DNA of 64,000 nt from the NCBI RefSeq assembly GCF_006345805.1, contig NC_042998.1, positions 188,418,001 through 188,482,000 on the forward strand, given 5' to 3'. The position numbers and the translations under genes are program-made. The notes under the pieces are model-generated. The model worked only from the letters and a program-made list of their open reading frames with translations, was not told the DNA's origin and made no database searches. Source of the stretch: Octopus sinensis (Eukaryota). Positions 62,317-64,000 of this stretch are shown piece after piece. How positions within the stretch are numbered: the first letter of the stretch is position 1; the number at the start of each line of letters is the position of its first letter.

Positions 62317-63599
62317 GTTATGTATTGTAATATGAAAATTCGTATTGTAATTGTAGATAATACATTGTTATATATCAAAATTAATAGTAATCATGGATCC
62401 ACTATTTTGAAAGTGTATGATGGCAGAATTAAGCTCATTTTAGTGTAGGTTGTGCGTTTTATTGCCATTGAACTGTCATTCAACAGTATATCGGCACAAA
62501 TTTCTTCATTCAAAACGCCCACATTCCGTACTTACGCATAATTTTCCGCCTTGTTTAATTATTGTATTACGGCAAAACCAATATGTGTAGTTTCAGTTCT
62601 TTTATTTGCATAAAACCAAAAATGTAAAAAAAATCCAATTAACCAAACAGGCAACTCTTAACATAGATATACATATTTCAGTAATTAGCTAGCTAAACTT
62701 AATTTCTTCATTCTCTCGCATTCATGAATCATGGCGCCGTGACTCACAAGAAAGATCTTTAGTATAGTGGATTCATTTAAGATTTCTCGAATTTGGTTAT
62801 TCAATTTTATGTTCCTTTAAGGAGGTTAAGGCAACAGAAATCATTTTAATAGAAAACTTTTAAATATCCTGAAACATACGATTGGAATCTTTATAATTTT
62901 TAAATTAATTTCTTTGTAAAACGATCAACTTAACACATTGGACGGGTGTCTTCACTTTCGCACACCTACGAGCAGATACACAAATCCAAGATTTTTCGAG
63001 TTGTGTAGATCAGCGCGTTCAAGTACTGGCTAGGACTAGGAGATATTGGTGGTGCTAGTTTGCATATCATGGGAAATAATATTTTCTAATGCATTTTTAC
63101 ATGTTGAATCCTTTATATTTTTTGAATTTCTCTGTTAACTTTGGATTTTCTTGCTCCAGTGTACGAGCCTATAAATAGTAAAAAAAAAAACCCCACAAAA
63201 AATAGTTGATTATCAAAACTGATTAATCGGCAAGACGGCCGATATGACCGATAATCTTTCCCGGTGTGTAAAGTCTACAATAAGATTAATGAATTACTTA
63301 GAGGGTAGTAGACCTCAGTTACTGGCAAAAGACAGTTAGTAAAAGGCATTAGGGTAAAAGCTATAAGTTATAGAAAATAGTGTCGATACAACAAAATATA
63401 TTAAATAACAATGTAGAAAAATTAGAAGAGAGCATTAGGAGTATCCTAATGCAACGAGTTTTACACACACCTACCACAATGCCGAGGATGTGTACTAAAA
63501 TTGGTATGGCAGCAAAAATTGGTGACTTTAGGCTTAATCTTGTTTATAATGACATGTAAATTCTAATGCCCCCTCCCCTAAAGAGCACAGAGCCAACCG

Positions 63600-63720
63600 T
63601 CATGGCTGCAGAAAAAATATCTGTGAGACAAGTGATGAAGAGTAGAAAGCCTAGCTGCTACTTGTGTTGAAGTCAGAGAAAATGTAGGGCTTTCTGTCCA
63701 GAAAATAGCCGAAGGTGAAA
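63600..63720 (+). mobile_element. Possible LINE ORF1 CCHC knuckle remnant
   Basis: RKPSCYLC*SQRKCRAFCP resembles a decayed C-x2-C-x4-H-x4-C. Confidence 0.3.
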
Positions 63721-63952
63721 TAGAGAACAATCAAGACTGAAACAATTATAACAGATCACAGAAACTGATGTTCTTGGGACATCCATTGTTGCAGCTCTGA
63801 AAGTGCTAGAAAAGGACGGCTCGTTGTTAGTTCTAAGAGACGATAAAGAAAAAGTTGAACAATAGTTTAAATACTAAGAACTGAGGACCCGTCTTTCCAG
63901 TAGTACTACGGCCATAGTCTTACAGTCAGAATGAGGAATGAAGACTGAAAAA

Positions 63953-64000
63953 GGCGGCGAACTGGCAGAAACGTTGGTTACTTTCTCAGTTCAAATTCCG
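63953..64000 (+). mobile_element. SINE B head fragment with internal deletion (runs off the window)
   Basis: GGCGGCGAACTGGCAGAAACGTT...AGTTCAAATTCCG. Confidence 0.75.

Overview
This is AT-rich, microsatellite-dense eukaryotic DNA that looks intronic. The tRNA-derived SINE families resemble those I know from Octopus and other coleoid cephalopods; that is recognition from memory, not a database result. I can support only one host coding exon (37240-37538, + strand, single-pass transmembrane segment plus cytoplasmic tail). The rest is mostly decayed transposons: three modular tRNA-derived SINE families (called A, B and C here) plus a short tRNA-like SINE; Penelope-like elements (PLEs) of at least two types (Neptune-like RT plus GIY-YIG, and Penelope/Poseidon-like GIY-YIG); R4/Dong, L1/Tx1, CR1/L2 and probably RTE LINE fragments; a full-length dead mariner with TIRs; a second mariner fragment; and a non-autonomous Helitron/Helentron-like element. 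Three observations stand out. (1) A 15-unit head-to-tail array of the 165-bp Pol III promoter-bearing head of SINE A (28171-30631) ends in a complete SINE and has no T4 terminator until 30923. (2) Small elements built around minimal hammerhead-ribozyme-like motifs recur, either flanked by (TA)n or folded back into long inverted repeats (31485-31780, 44117-44312, 47897-47999, 52421-52600, 53539-53575). (3) There are several long hairpins and one recurrent chimeric SINE junction. Nearly all ORFs in the supplied track are microsatellite or repeat artefacts. Boundaries of decayed elements are approximate (tens of bp). All alignments were done by eye.
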